This document shows positions 1 through 11,909 of a DNA stretch of 64,000 bases, piece after piece. Origin of the DNA: Octopus vulgaris (lineage: Eukaryota); the NCBI GenBank assembly GCA_951406725.2, contig OX597819.1, forward strand, positions 100,316,001 through 100,380,000. Direction: 5' to 3'. Each line of letters opens with the position of its first letter. Within the stretch, counting starts at the first letter, position 1. The notes under the pieces were generated by a model that was not told the origin of the DNA, did not search any database, and worked only from the letters and a program-made list of their open reading frames with translations. Made by a program: the position numbers and the translations under genes.

Positions 1-242
1 TGTTGGTGCTGGATGTAGTGGGGGGTAGTTTAGAATAATAGTGGATGTGATGGTGGGGTTTAATGATATTGTTTTTCAAATTGATCTGTTCATTACATTG
101 TTCTGATTGTTATAACTGTTGACGTCAATAACAGTAATAACTGCAAGAACAATAATGACAGCTGAGTCAAATCTTTCTTATTTGGATTCTTGTCGCAATC
201 TTTGTAATCTTCACTGATGTTGTTAATCGCCTTACTACAATA

Positions 243-277
243 TAGTAGTAATAGTAATATCAGTAGTAGTAGTAGTG

Positions 278-339
<62 letters not shown>
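243..339. repeat. (AGT)n microsatellite
   Basis: Direct reading; explains the poly-S/V/L/Y ORFs at 93-744. Confidence 0.95.
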
Positions 340-341
<2 letters not shown>

Positions 342-454
342 AAGCAGCTGCAGTAGCAGAGATGGAGGCAACGGTTGCAGTGGTAGAGATAGTGACAAAA
401 GAGGAGGCACCAACGGTGGCGACAGCAACGTTCCTTCTTCCTCCTCCTCCTCAC

Positions 455-1020
455 TCCCTTTGTTTCTTTCCCTCATCATATCTCTTGTCTCCCTTCCCCT
501 CTGCCTGTACCTCACTCGTGATAACAGGCCATTTCTCTCACCCCTGTCTTTTCTGGACAAAACGCCCATCGGGCTGGACGTCATTTCTCTCGGCTCCCGA
601 CATTTTTCTCTTCTACTATATTCTTCTCTTCTAATCCTATTAAAAATTTCTCCCTGGCGTTACCCATTGCAATGCGTCTTGGACGAACGGCCCTTAATGT
701 TTGTCTTCGTCGATTGTGTACTTTGTACGTTCACTCTGTTGTAGTTTGTTAGTTCGAGTCTAACTCTAGTAAATTTTGTAGTAGTAGTAGTAGTAGTAGC
801 AGTAGTGGAAGCAGCTGTCAGTATAAAGTTTTACTATCTTGTCGCTGAAAGCGCGAAATAGGGAGCTCTAAAACAGTAGACAATTGACGATAGAGTTATC
901 TCCTTCTCGTATTTTGTCCTGTACTTGTCTCTCGTGTGTTTACGTATTTTTCCATCGTTGGTGATGACCTGTACTTAACGTGCACTTTCTATTTATTTAT
1001 GATCGAACGCAACGCAGCTT
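455..1020 (+). mobile_element. Decayed Penelope-like terminal repeat (pLTR) remnant, tentative
   Basis: Pyrimidine-rich tract containing a degenerate hammerhead-like arrangement at 839-883: TTGTC..CTGAAA..AAAACAGTA GACAA, with a 5-bp helix I TTGTC/GACAA. Confidence 0.3.
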
Positions 1021-1050
1021 TGTCCACCGTAAGTTCTTATATATATTATA

Positions 1051-1207
1051 TACGAAGGGCTTCTTCCAGTTTCTGTCTGCCAAATCCACACACAAGGCTT
1101 TACTCGGCCCGAGGCTATAGAAGAAGACACTTACACAAGGTGCCATGCTGAACCTGGACCATGTAGTTTAGTAGCAAGATTTTTACCACATAGCTAAGCC
1201 CGCGCCT
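1051..1207 (-). mobile_element. SINE family A, 5' half only
   Basis: Reverse complement matches the head of the copy at 5176-5345 (GGCAAGTGTCTTCT..ATAGCCTCGGGCCGA..GGATTTGG.AGAC.GAAACTG.AAGAAGCC). Confidence 0.85.
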
Positions 1208-1485
1208 CGATAATTTTTGTATTGGTAATCTTTATCCATATTTTCTTTTACCAACCCATCCAACAAGAACTTCATTTTAGATATTAGGAAATAACAGAAT
1301 CCTCTACGATAAATGTGCTGGAATATTAGTAAGGAAGTTTAGCAATTACATAAAGAATTTATTTAAGTTCATCATTTTTATAGCGGTGCTGCTTACTGAA
1401 ATCACAGTATTCCAACTCTATTCTCGTTAAAGATATTTTTGGAAATGGATTTATTATAGGAATATTGCGACTAGTATTATCATAT

Positions 1486-1826
1486 GAAGGCGCATGGCTC
1501 AGTGGTTAGAGCGTCGAGCTTACGATCGTGAGGTTGTGAGCTCGAATCCCGGACCGGGCTGCGTGTTGTGTTCTTGAGCAAAGCACTTTATTTCACGTTG
1601 CTTCAGTTCACTCAGCTGTAGAAATGAGTTGCGACGTCACTGGTGCCAAGCTGTATCGACCTTTGTCTTTCCCTTGGATAACACTGGTGGCGTGGAGAGG
1701 GGAGGCTGGTATGCATGGGCGACTGCTGGTCTTCCATAAACAACCTTGCCCAGACTTGTGTCTAGGAGGGTAACTTTCTAGGTGCAATCCCATGGTCATT
1801 CATGACCGAAGGGGGTCTTTACCCTT
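1486..1826 (+). mobile_element. Full-length tRNA-derived SINE (family C) with 11-bp TSD
   Basis: A box TGGCTCAGTGG, B-box-like GAGCTCGAATCC, CORE-like TGTGTTCTTGAGCAAAGCACTT; TATTATCATAT duplicated at 1475-1485 and 1827-1837. Confidence 0.9.
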
Positions 1827-2072
1827 TATTATCATATTGCGGCCACCGCTTTGAAAACCCAATACTTCGTACAGGGTCCGGCTTGCATACGTTATATTCC
1901 TGTGATCACGCAAGAGGGTAAAAATTCAAAAGTACTGATCTAGACACGCATACGCATTAGATGAATAACAATGACAAAAATCTAGCTATTCCGTATATCT
2001 ATTCTTGCTTTATTTGTTCCGAATGATCACTTCTTATTCCAAATTTACTGCCTTCAAATTGACACAATATTA

Positions 2073-2452
2073 TCTCTCTCTATATAAACGGCAGTTTGTC
2101 TGTGCGTGTTTCTGTGTGTCTGTTTGCTTGTACCCTCACCCTGACCAAGGCTTTCAACCTATTCTGATGAAACTTGATACACACATAGCCCAATGTCATA
2201 ATTCAAAACTAACGCAGAGAAAATTTTGAAAAGTTCCCCCAGTTATGAAAAAAATCGATAAATTCGACATGGGGTCGAGAATTAGAAACACAAACCACAA
2301 ACTGTCTAGGTGACGCAACTCCACCTTTTTAACTCTCAAAAAACATTTACCATCATTTTTTTCCATTTTTTTGCTATTTTTTGGCTATAACTCTCTAAAA
2401 ATGCTTTATAGTTATTTCCCTTACAAACCTGAGCAACGCCGGGCGATTATTC
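2073..2452 (+). mobile_element. Non-autonomous Helitron-like element
   Basis: 5' A|TC start (TCTCTCTCTATATAAA), GTCTGT-type repeats and a subterminal GC hairpin CCTGAGCAACGCCGGG at 2428-2443; terminal CTAG is eroded; no TSD. Confidence 0.7.
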
Positions 2453-2520
2453 AAAATAAAACCGATATGAAATGGAAACTTTACTGCTATATGTATCTAT
2501 GTGTGTATGTATATGAGCAA

Positions 2521-2540
2521 ATGTTTCTATGTATATATCA

Positions 2541-2598
<58 letters not shown>

Positions 2599-2734
2599 GT
2601 ATGTGTACATATAATGCATATATATATATATGTATATATATGTATGTGTACATATAATGCATATATATATATATGTATATATATGTATGTGTACATATAA
2701 TGCATATATATATATATGTATATATAATGCATGC

Positions 2735-2770
<36 letters not shown>

Positions 2771-2780
2771 GTATGTATAT
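2521..2780. repeat. (TA)n tract containing 3-4 copies of a ~40-bp unit
   Basis: Unit ATATGTATATATATGTATGTGTACATATAATGC(AT)n repeated at ~2585-2730. Confidence 0.9.
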
Positions 2781-2983
2781 TATGTAAACACACACATCTT
2801 GTTACAATCTAGGGCGACTTACCTACTAAAATGTAATTTTTATTGGTCATTTGACTTTAGTTTTGTTTCTTATCAATTTGCCATTTGTGTTGTGGCTAAG
2901 TTTTATGCGTGTTACAAGTTATGGAATTAAGGTGGGTATTTTTAGCATTTCCATTTGTTACTCTCCTTGGCGTATATAGAGAC

Positions 2984-3156
2984 AAGAAAATGGAGATTAG
3001 TGGGTTAATAATTGTCTATTATTAACTGAAAATTGGATATCTCCAGCCGTTTCTGCTAAAATGAATTCATAAGCACAGAAATAACATCCAAATGTGCATC
3101 TGACCGATTTGCTGTTAATAAGAAACAATTATTAATTCCCTAATCTCCATTTTCTT
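2984..3156. mobile_element. Small inverted-repeat (MITE-like) element
   Basis: AAGAAAATGGAGATTAG..TTAATAATTGT..TTATTAAC at 2984-3035 is the imperfect reverse complement of 3104-3156. Confidence 0.65.
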
Positions 3157-3293
3157 TTCTTTTAAATGAATATAAACTGTATGTTTTTATATATACCTAT
3201 TATTTTAAGGAAATTCATTTCCCCAAAACATTAGGCATTGAACCAGGAAACCATCCCTGCATGAAGTTTACACATTCTCTCCTTGTACATACA

Positions 3294-4154
3294 TACGCAG
3301 TCTCATCAGTGAGTATTCGAAGTATTAACGTAATAACAATACAAAAGCACCTAGAGTAAAGCCGCTTGGCACGAATTGACCTTGGTCTCTGCTGTGTATG
3401 TGCACTACATGTTAACGTTGTAGCACACTTCGCTGTTTACAGCAGAGCTTCGAAGTTACGTATGTAACGCCTGATCGTTGCATTGTCCATGACAGAGAAA
3501 GTTTTCATGGTGATACTTTTTCAGAGACCTCCGCAGGTTTACAGAAAGTGTATAGAGAGGAGTATATGAGCTGTACACTAGTGTGCGAGAGGTTCAGACC
3601 TTTCCAGAATGTCTGAAAAAATGTCGATATTGACGAACGTTCTAGGAGACCCGCAACCAGCAGGACTAAGGAAAGCATCGCAGATGTGCGTTGCAGCTGT
3701 GGGAGGAAATCGTTGAATCACCATCCGTGAATTATCAGAGAATGTGTAGATTACTTGCGGTTCAGTGCAGTCCATTATCACTGACGGTTCGGGTATGAGA
3801 CGCGTGTGTGCCAAGTTTGTGCTAAAACTGCATTTAGCCGGGGTTCAGTTGCTCAAGACCTCCTTGATTTTGTCAACAACGATCAAAACTTTTTGAAAAC
3901 TTTGCGATGTTTTCTGACAAAATTTGATGCAGATTCTCTGCTCACCTTTCTCCATCATGGTGAATGTCAAGGTCACACGCTACGCACCTTCTTTCCAAGC
4001 ACTGCTGTAAACAAAGGAAATGAGCTAGAACGTTAAAGCGTAGTGCACATGCAGAGTAGAGATCAAGGTCAATTAGTGCCGAGCGACTTTTCTCTGCCTG
4101 CTTTAGCGACATTACTATGGCAACAGTCCGAATACTTATTAATCCGAACACATA
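3294..4154 (+). mobile_element. Internally deleted mariner transposon with long inverted ends
   Basis: TA at both ends and ~200-bp imperfect inverted arms. The broken translation DERSRRPATSRT..NR*ITIRELSE..GSVQSII..GMRRVCAKFVLKL is the mariner HTH/WVPxxL region. The right arm encodes MMEKGEQRICIKFCQK on the minus strand. Confidence 0.9.
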
Positions 4155-4380
4155 CATATGAAACATATTTATACATTTACATTTCTATATTTTTAAGTAT
4201 ACATATGTATGTGTATATATGTGTATGTGTAATGAGTGTATTTTACACAGCAAACATGCATACATATATATAATGTAGCTGTGTACTTCTTTTTAGTCAC
4301 CAATTTCAACGTATATGTTTTGGTTCTCTCTATAGACTAGAGCCCATTTTGATTGGAAAATTTCAAGGAATTGATAAGAG

Positions 4381-4428
<48 letters not shown>

Positions 4429-4708
4429 ATATACGTGTATACATACATACATACATACATACATACATACATACATGCATACATATATATGTATATATAT
4501 ATATATCTGCGGCTCAGTGGTTACCGATGATGTTGACTTGTTCTTCTTTTCGGATTATGGCTGCTGTTGCTTAGTGAGTGACATTGACTCAGTGCACATT
4601 CTTTCCTCACTTTAAAAAAAATCTTCTTGCATAGACATTGCACGATAACAACATTGATTAAGCTTCGTGCATGGCCATACTCGATAACGAGGGGCAGTCA
4701 CCATGTTC

Positions 4709-4916
4709 GTATGTATGTATGTATGTATGTATGTATGTATGTATGTATGTATGTATGTATGCATGCATGCATGTATGTATGTATGTATGTATGTATGTAT
4801 GTATGTATGCATGCATGCATGTATGTATGTATGTATGTATGTATGTATGTATGTATGTATGTATGTATGTATGTATGTATGTATGTATGTATGTATGTTG
4901 TATGTATGTATGTATG

Positions 4917-4962
<46 letters not shown>
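4709..4962. repeat. (TATG)n + (TA)n microsatellite
   Basis: Direct reading. Confidence 0.95.
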
Positions 4963-4967
<5 letters not shown>

Positions 4968-5175
4968 TACCATAAAAGCCGCCCTGTCGGTCAGAATTTC
5001 AGATATTGTATAGCTTTTAAGCTATGTAATAGCTTGAATGGGAAGATCTGCAAACAGATCTCTGACTTAATTTTGAGAATTCTTTTGCAATTGCTTCCTC
5101 CAGAATCATATCTCGATGATGATTATATTCGTCGCAAAAAATTCATGTAAAAAAAAAATCATCGAAAACAATCAT

Positions 5176-5592
5176 GGGCGCAGGAGTGGCTGTGTGGTAA
5201 GTAGCTTGCTAACCAACCACATGGTTCCGGGTTCAGTCCCACTGCGTGGCATCTTGGGCAAGTGTCTTCTGCTATAGCCCCGGGCCGACCAATCCAATGC
5301 CTTGTGAGTGGATTTGGTAGACGGAAACTGAAAGAAGCCTGTCGTATATATGTATATATATATATGTGTATGTGTGTGTTTGTGTGTCTGTGTTTGTCCC
5401 CCTAGCATTGCTTGACAACCGATGCTGGTGTGTTATACATCCCCGTCACTTAGCGGTTCGGCAAAAGAGAGCGATAGAATAAGTACTGGGCTTACAAAGA
5501 ATAAGTCCCGGGGTCGATTTGCTCGACTAAAAGGTGGTGCTCCAGCATGGCCGCAGTCAAATGACTGAAACAAGTAAAAGAGTAAAGAGTAA
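5176..5592 (+). mobile_element. Full-length tRNA-derived SINE family A
   Basis: A box TGGCTGTGTGG, B-box-like GGTTCAGTCC, internal TA/TG microsatellite, 3' hairpin CAGTCA-AA-TGACTG and AAGAGT-type tail; five other copies in the window. Confidence 0.92.
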
Positions 5593-5837
5593 TAGTAATG
5601 GAAACAGAGGAATCCAAAATTTCAGAATTGCAGGTCCGGATTCGGCCCGGAATTTTTTTAATTTACTCGTGGAGTTAGTCTCATTCCAAAATGATATGTT
5701 GGGCTACGTCGTCTAGGGGTAAAGTTGAAAAAGTGTGGCACATTGACACACTGACATTCACATTTATCATATTATTATTTATTATATATTTATTATATTA
5801 TATGAGTTATATTATGTTATATCATTATATTATATAA

Positions 5838-5940
5838 AGACAGTAAGCTGGCAGAATCGTTAACAAGCCACGAGAAAGGCTTAGTGGTATTTTGTCTGCT
5901 GTTAGGTTTTGAGTTCGAATTCCGCCGAGGTCGACTTTGT
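5838..5940 (+). mobile_element. SINE family B, 5' fragment
   Basis: AGCTGGCAGAATCGTTA..GAGTTCGAATTCCGCCGAGGTCGACTTTG matches the copies at 57928-58550. Confidence 0.85.
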
Positions 5941-6283
5941 TTATATATATATATATATATATATACATGTGCGTGTGTGTATGTGTGTGTGTTTATGTAT
6001 GTCGATATGTATTAAAGATAGCAAAAAATTAAAGCAAAATTGATAGTATTCGGAACGTTGGCGACGGGAATTTCTGTCAAACAGACATTGTTAAACAAAG
6101 TTGTACACCATCTCCCTCTTTCTTTCACATACCCACTATTTCTCTCTCTTATATTATTACTTCGTCTACCATCAACATTACTACTTGTAATAAAACAGTT
6201 CTATATTTAAGAGATGAAGAACTATGTATATTATTTACATTATTTATATTTGACAGAGATTTGTCCACATCTTGTTTGTTGTT

Positions 6284-6329
6284 AACTCAACATTTCGGCT
6301 GATATACCCTCCAGCCTTCATCAGGTGTC
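6284..6329 (-). ncRNA. Minimal type I hammerhead ribozyme motif
   Basis: GACAC CUGAUGA A GGCUG-loop-CAGCC GAAAU GUU GAGUU; one helix I mismatch. Confidence 0.75.
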
Positions 6330-6472
6330 TTGGGGAAATTTCGAACCTGGGTTCTCATTCCTAAGGTATTTTTTTATGTTATTACCCAAGATTCCGAGTT
6401 CGATTCCAGGCAGTGACTTTAATAATAATAATAAGAAGAAGAATGATAATAATAATAATAATAACAATAATG

Positions 6473-6530
<58 letters not shown>

Positions 6531-6593
6531 CAACAACAACAATAGCATAAAAAAATACCTTAGGAATGAGAACCCAGGTTCAAATTTCCACAA

Positions 6594-6639
6594 GACACCT
6601 GAAGAAGGCTGGAGAGTATATCAGCCGAAACGTTGTATT
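6594..6639 (+). ncRNA. Minimal type I hammerhead ribozyme motif
   Basis: GACAC CUGAAGA A GGCUG-GAGAGUAUAU-CAGCC GAAAC GUU GUAUU; palindromic AACGUU helix III; one helix I mismatch. Confidence 0.8.
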
Positions 6640-7043
6640 AACAACGAACATGATGAGGACAAATCTCCGTCAAATATAAATAATGTAAATAAAGTAGATA
6701 AGTGTAATAAAACATCAAATCTCCCTAAATTTCTTTGTCTTTCGCTCTCTCTCTCTCTCTCCCTCTGTGCGTCTTCGTCACCACCCTCACCGTATGTATG
6801 CCTACTATTAGTCTCAGCCCATCATGAGGAATAGTAGAAGTGTCATTGAATAGTGAGCGAGGGGTCTAAGTGTGACACACTGACACACAGAAATTAGTTT
6901 TCGCATTTATAATATATATATATATATATATACATGATTTTAAAATAGGATAAAATCTTCATAAGAATTTATCAAGTAGTCAGCGTGAAAAACTCCATAA
7001 GAGAAAAATCCACCAATTGAATATGTATCAATATATATTTGAG

Positions 7044-7079
<36 letters not shown>

Positions 7080-8931
7080 TATGTATGTATGTGTATATAT
7101 ATATATATATACACACAACGTCATTGATTTTAATGCCTCTTAAAAAAGGAAAATATTTCCACAAAACCATAAAATTATGCATCAAGAATTGAATTAAAGT
7201 TATTACTGCTCTTAATGCAAGGTTATGTTGACAGCAAAATTGCAAAATTGAATAAATGATTCGGATGAATCCAAGTTCTTAAATAGAATGAATGGAATTG
7301 GCAAAAACCTGAGAATCTAGTCTCTTATACCAATTATGTTTGATGAAAGCTCAAGAAAAATAAACCAAAGCCTTTTCTCTCATCCTTATTTCATAGTAGA
7401 CTATAATCTTTTGAAACGTCAATCCAGTGAAAATGATACACTACTCAACATGCAGAATGGAAGTAAATAAAATGGAGAATACTTTATGATCTATGATCAA
7501 AGCTACTCGAAAAACCTCACAATATGGCGAAGAAAGGGGTAGCATATTTTGACTAAAATATCTGAATAATAATTTTACATTATGCAAACAATAATCAAAA
7601 AATAAATAAAAATTATTTCCGAACTATCGTCGCAACAATTAATTTCTCCCGCATTACGGAACAAAATATCTGCTGGCGTCACAAACCCAAAGTCAACCAT
7701 TTTAAAAGAATTATTTCTCTCATTCATTTCAAGATCAGTGAAGAACGGCAATGTTCACCTCAACTGATATACAATCGAAAATTCATTTATTCGTGAAGTT
7801 ATCGTATGTTTTAAATTGTAGTCTCTTAAAAACAATTACGCTTCTAGATACAATTCGTCTACCCACACACATTTGTACAAATGCTTAAGCATTTTATTCA
7901 ACGCTCTGAAAATTCTGCCAGCTAGTCAAATATCTACTCAATTGGTTGCCGACCATCAGTTTCTTATCAAAATATGACTTCCTATTTTCAGAACTCACTC
8001 TAAATCATTACAGGCCACGTCACACTAGGTACACATTTTATTACGTATATTCTCATAATAGTGTTTTTGAAACAAAACATTTTAAATCGAAAGCGATTAT
8101 TTTCAACGCTGAGAATTTTATAATTTGCACGATCGATGATAGTAGTGTTAATTAGTAATGGATAAATACCGAAAGATAGATACGGCAGAGCATTGGATAA
8201 CATATGTATGGTTCCTTAGGAAAATATCTGGCGGCATGTTGGCTGAGTAAATCTAGATTCTCTTTTACTTACATACCATAAAATATATATTTGAATCACA
8301 CTAAAAAAGTTTTAATTGATACTATTTCTCGCTGAAAAAAACCCCAAAAAAAACCAAACAGATTTGCCATCTATTTGTTCCATAAAATATGTTGTAGCCC
8401 TAATACACTGAGGTCGCTTTAATCATCTCTACCCTTTTCTTTAAAAAGAAATTAGCCTTTTGTTTAAACAAGGAACCACTATTCTTAATTAGCTGTTCGA
8501 GTGGAATATACAAACAGTCGACACTAATGCAGTCTTTAGGAGAAATTCTTAAAATATCTTTTTATAATATCAAACATTTTAGAAAATAATTGAGATATGA
8601 TCTGAACATTGTTACATTTATTTGTCTTTTCGTCGACACTGTGCTGGAAATACAAGGAGACAAGCACACACCTGGTTTGGTAACTTTCTGCAGGATCTTC
8701 AACTGAGTCGTGACTGCTTTATAAGAAAGATCTCTGGCGTCAACTTGTCTTAATGTTACTGTCTAGTTCTTCACACCTCAACCAATTAAGCGATTAAAAC
8801 ACACCATAGATTTTTAAAAGGATTCACACTTCAAATTGGTGATAAAGAGAAGTAGAGGATAGAATATGTAACTTGATTAACAATAAAACATTTGAGGTCA
8901 TACAGAATGCTAAACTGTACATCTCAAGTAA

Positions 8932-9363
8932 GCAATAACAACAACAGAAATAATAATAACATCATCAATAATAATGATGATGATGATGATGTGGATAATA
9001 ATAATAATAATAATAATAATAAGAAGAAGAAGAAGAAGAAGAAGAAGAATAACAATAATAATAATAATAATGATGAGTATAATGATGATAATGTCATCAC
9101 AAACACAAACACTGAAATTTTGATTATGTTTTTTTTATGAAGAAACACTTTCACACAGATTATTATATTACTATTTTGTAATTTTTATTGTCATCATCAT
9201 CGTCATTGTCACTGTCGTCATCGTCGTCATCGTCGTCATCATTATCATCATCATAATCATCATCCCCCACCACCATCACGCTAATTAGTGGAAAATCATT
9301 GTCTTAATAAAACAAAAAAAGAAAAATATATTCACCGTCATCACCAACTTCATCTTCTCCCCT

Positions 9364-9394
<31 letters not shown>

Positions 9395-9430
9395 CGATAA
9401 GCATCATTGACATCACCATCACCATTATCA
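8932..9430. repeat. Compound trinucleotide microsatellites (AAT/GAT/AAG, then CAT/CGT)
   Basis: Direct reading; source of the N/D/K-rich ORFs. Confidence 0.9.
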
Positions 9431-10259
9431 TAATCGTCTTCGTCCTTTTTGTCTTCGTCTTTGTTATTAAAATTGTTTGGCTTATTTGTCTTAGTTTCCG
9501 ATTTTTGAAGATAATTCAAGTATATTTAAGTATTTTTTGTCAAAACATTAATGAGTATCTTGTTTCTTTTTATTTTAAAGATGTAAGCTACGTTATCTTT
9601 TTATTCAAGAATTAGAAAACTGATGTTCAAATTAGGTGCGTAACATTTTATGAGTAGTGTCAGGTGTGTACAATTGAATTTAATTATTTTGTAAAATTAA
9701 AATGAAGAAAAATTATTCTTTCAGCATTAAGATGATCTGACACAACGACAATCAAAAATATGAACTCAGCAAAAGATTTAAAACTTTGAGAAGACTTTGT
9801 ATGTTTTCTGTGCCAGGTAGATTGTTAGGAAATTGATATTAAAACGTTATATCAGACGAATTTGAATGAGCAGAAAATAGTTTTGAACAGATGTATACGG
9901 AAACCAGGTGCATCTGTCACTTAGAGATCTTTGTTGCGTTTCAGGCTGTATTGCGACCACACAATAGTCATTGATTATTTTTAATGCACTTTGAGCCTTT
10001 GAAACCGTTCAAATCAAACAACTGTTTGATATCATAGTCTACCTTTTTGTGTCAAAGGTTGAATTGTAGATGCTCGGATTGGACAATTGTCACGAATGTT
10101 AACTGGAGTGCATAGAACTGCTTCCTTATTGGTTGTTTTTGGGTGAATACTATCAGAACTTTGCTTATACAAGTTGCTTCGTTTCGGTGAAAATCAGTAA
10201 TTAATATAGAATTAGATATTGGGGTCACTAAAATATTGAGCGGTTTAAATACAAGTATA

Positions 10260-10405
10260 ATGTTTTCAAATTTTGGTACAAATCTAACGATTTAAGGCGG
10301 GTCTAAAGCAGCTATATTGACCTCAGTATTCAAGCGGTACTTATTTTATGGACCCAGAAAGGATGAAAGACACAGTCGGACTCAGTGGAATTTGAACCTA
10401 GAACA
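10260..10405 (-). mobile_element. Decayed SINE family B fragment
   Basis: GGTACTTATTTTAT.GACCC.GAAAGGATGAAAG..GGAATTTGAAC matches family B on the minus strand. Confidence 0.7.
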
Positions 10406-11024
10406 TAAATACCTTACTAATCACTTTTTGTCGGAATATTCTAATACAAATAATGATGGAGTTTCCATAATTAGCAAATGTATCGATAGAATTAAAAGCT
10501 GACTTAATGACAGTAATAGAAAATGCCTATTAAAGGCACAACTCTTCTCTCTTCTAAAAGAAAAATGAAAACGCGCTAGTATAACATCTGTATCGAGGGA
10601 AACTGCATGACGCAAAACCGACACAATTCCTTGAGATCAAATAGACTTGTTATATTTGTTGCGATGTTGAGCATATTTGCCACAGTGAAGTATGAACACT
10701 TTCGTAGTTGAAGGCTCATAGAAAGTAGAGTAGAAGCAAAGTGGTCGAGATTTTTGAGTCTGCCTCGTAAGTATATCTCTTGATAGGGTAGTCCGCAGAC
10801 AGACATGGTCCTCATTGATTAAAGATGGGTGAAATTTCTTTGAGTAACGGAGGTGGACGCACGCTGCAGTAACTCACATTTCTTTCTTCCTTTATTTTTT
10901 GAAGTTGGTAAGTCATCGTCAACTTTGACGGACGAACGATCATCAATGATGATGATGACATTGCTTTGGTCATGCTTATGACTACAACGACGACGATGAG
11001 GATGATGATGAAGATAATCATCAT

Positions 11025-11625
11025 AATAATAATAATAATAATAATTCCATTTATTTGCCACAAGGGCGAAGGACGAGGGAAACAATACAGAGACAGACAT
11101 AAAGTGTGGAGGTTTACATATAATAATGAAATGATAAAAAAAATTAAATAATAAAGTATACACGGTATACAATGGAAAAGAAGTGACATATTCATAGCAT
11201 ATAAGGGTAAAAAAAGTGAGGGGTGACAGAGAAGTGACCCTGCTGATACAGGAACGCCTCTAGAGATAATCGAGGAACCCCACTGTCCGAGATTTCCCTG
11301 AAACTCTATGAGCAAGTGTCCTTGCCAATTCCTTTTTCCCGTCTCACAGGTGTATACCTAGAGATGTGCCATCAACTCTTGCCATTTTCGCTACTTTCAC
11401 CCACCATTAAGTAAACTCAATCGAGGACAGCACTTCCCTCTCCACTCTCAATTTCCTTTTCAAGTGAAACTCGAAGAAATCAATGAGTGATCTACCAAAT
11501 AGTTATCTGTCCTCATGCTTTTCAGCCTTGTCTACCAAACAACCTCTTTCGCTACAGCCATCTGGCTGCCGATTGAAGGAGGCCGGCAGTGCAATCATCA
11601 CTACAGCCTCGGCCGACTGACATGA
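11025..11625 (-). mobile_element. 3' fragment of a Tx1/L1-group LINE
   Basis: Broken translation MAVAKEVVW*TRLK..FFEFHLKRKLRVEREVLSSIEFT*WWVKVAKMARV..L* resembles the Tx1-type ORF2 C-terminus; followed by a 3' UTR, AATAAA and an (ATT)n tail. Confidence 0.65.
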
Positions 11626-11629
11626 GCAT

Positions 11630-11900
11630 AACTTGTGATCATAATATCACGATAAAAAATTTGTTAAACTCAGAAAATATAAAGATTTGCAGACTGAAAT
11701 CGAAAAAATGTGACATTTCAAGACGGTTACAATACCAGTGATTGTAGGAGCACTTGCAATGATCAAAAAGGGAACTGAAAATTATTTGACAATGATCTCT
11801 GGTTTACCATCCATGCAAGAAATGCAAAAAATTGCCTTAACTGGTACGTCACACGTACTGAAAAAAGCATTATCGCTGTGAATTTTCTTTCTTTTTTCCC
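11630..11900 (+). mobile_element. R4/Dong-like LINE, extreme C-terminal fragment
   Basis: KLRKYKDLQTEIEKM*HFKTVTIPVIVGALAMIKK..QEMQKIALTGTSHVLKKALSL*, the end of a restriction-like endonuclease domain. Confidence 0.85.
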
Positions 11901-11909
11901 TTTATTTTC

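Larger units (their letters stand above)
6186..6714 (+). mobile_element. Penelope-type non-autonomous insertion: inverted pLTR-like arms around a B-box fragment and (AAT)n
   Basis: Arms 6231-6383 and 6541-6692 are reverse complements. The spacer has GAGTTCGATTCC and (AAT)n. TGTAATAAAACA is repeated at 6186-6197 and 6703-6714. Confidence 0.8.

Noticed and set aside
1486-1560. tRNA gene
   Set aside because: The tRNA-like head runs into a SINE body, has no T-run terminator, and the whole unit is flanked by a TSD.
2164-2176. CTGATGA as a hammerhead core
   Set aside because: No helix II or helix I; it lies within the Helitron-like element.
6325-6834. 169-aa Asn-rich protein
   Set aside because: It spans an (AAT)n tract and an inverted repeat; it is an artefact of the mobile element.
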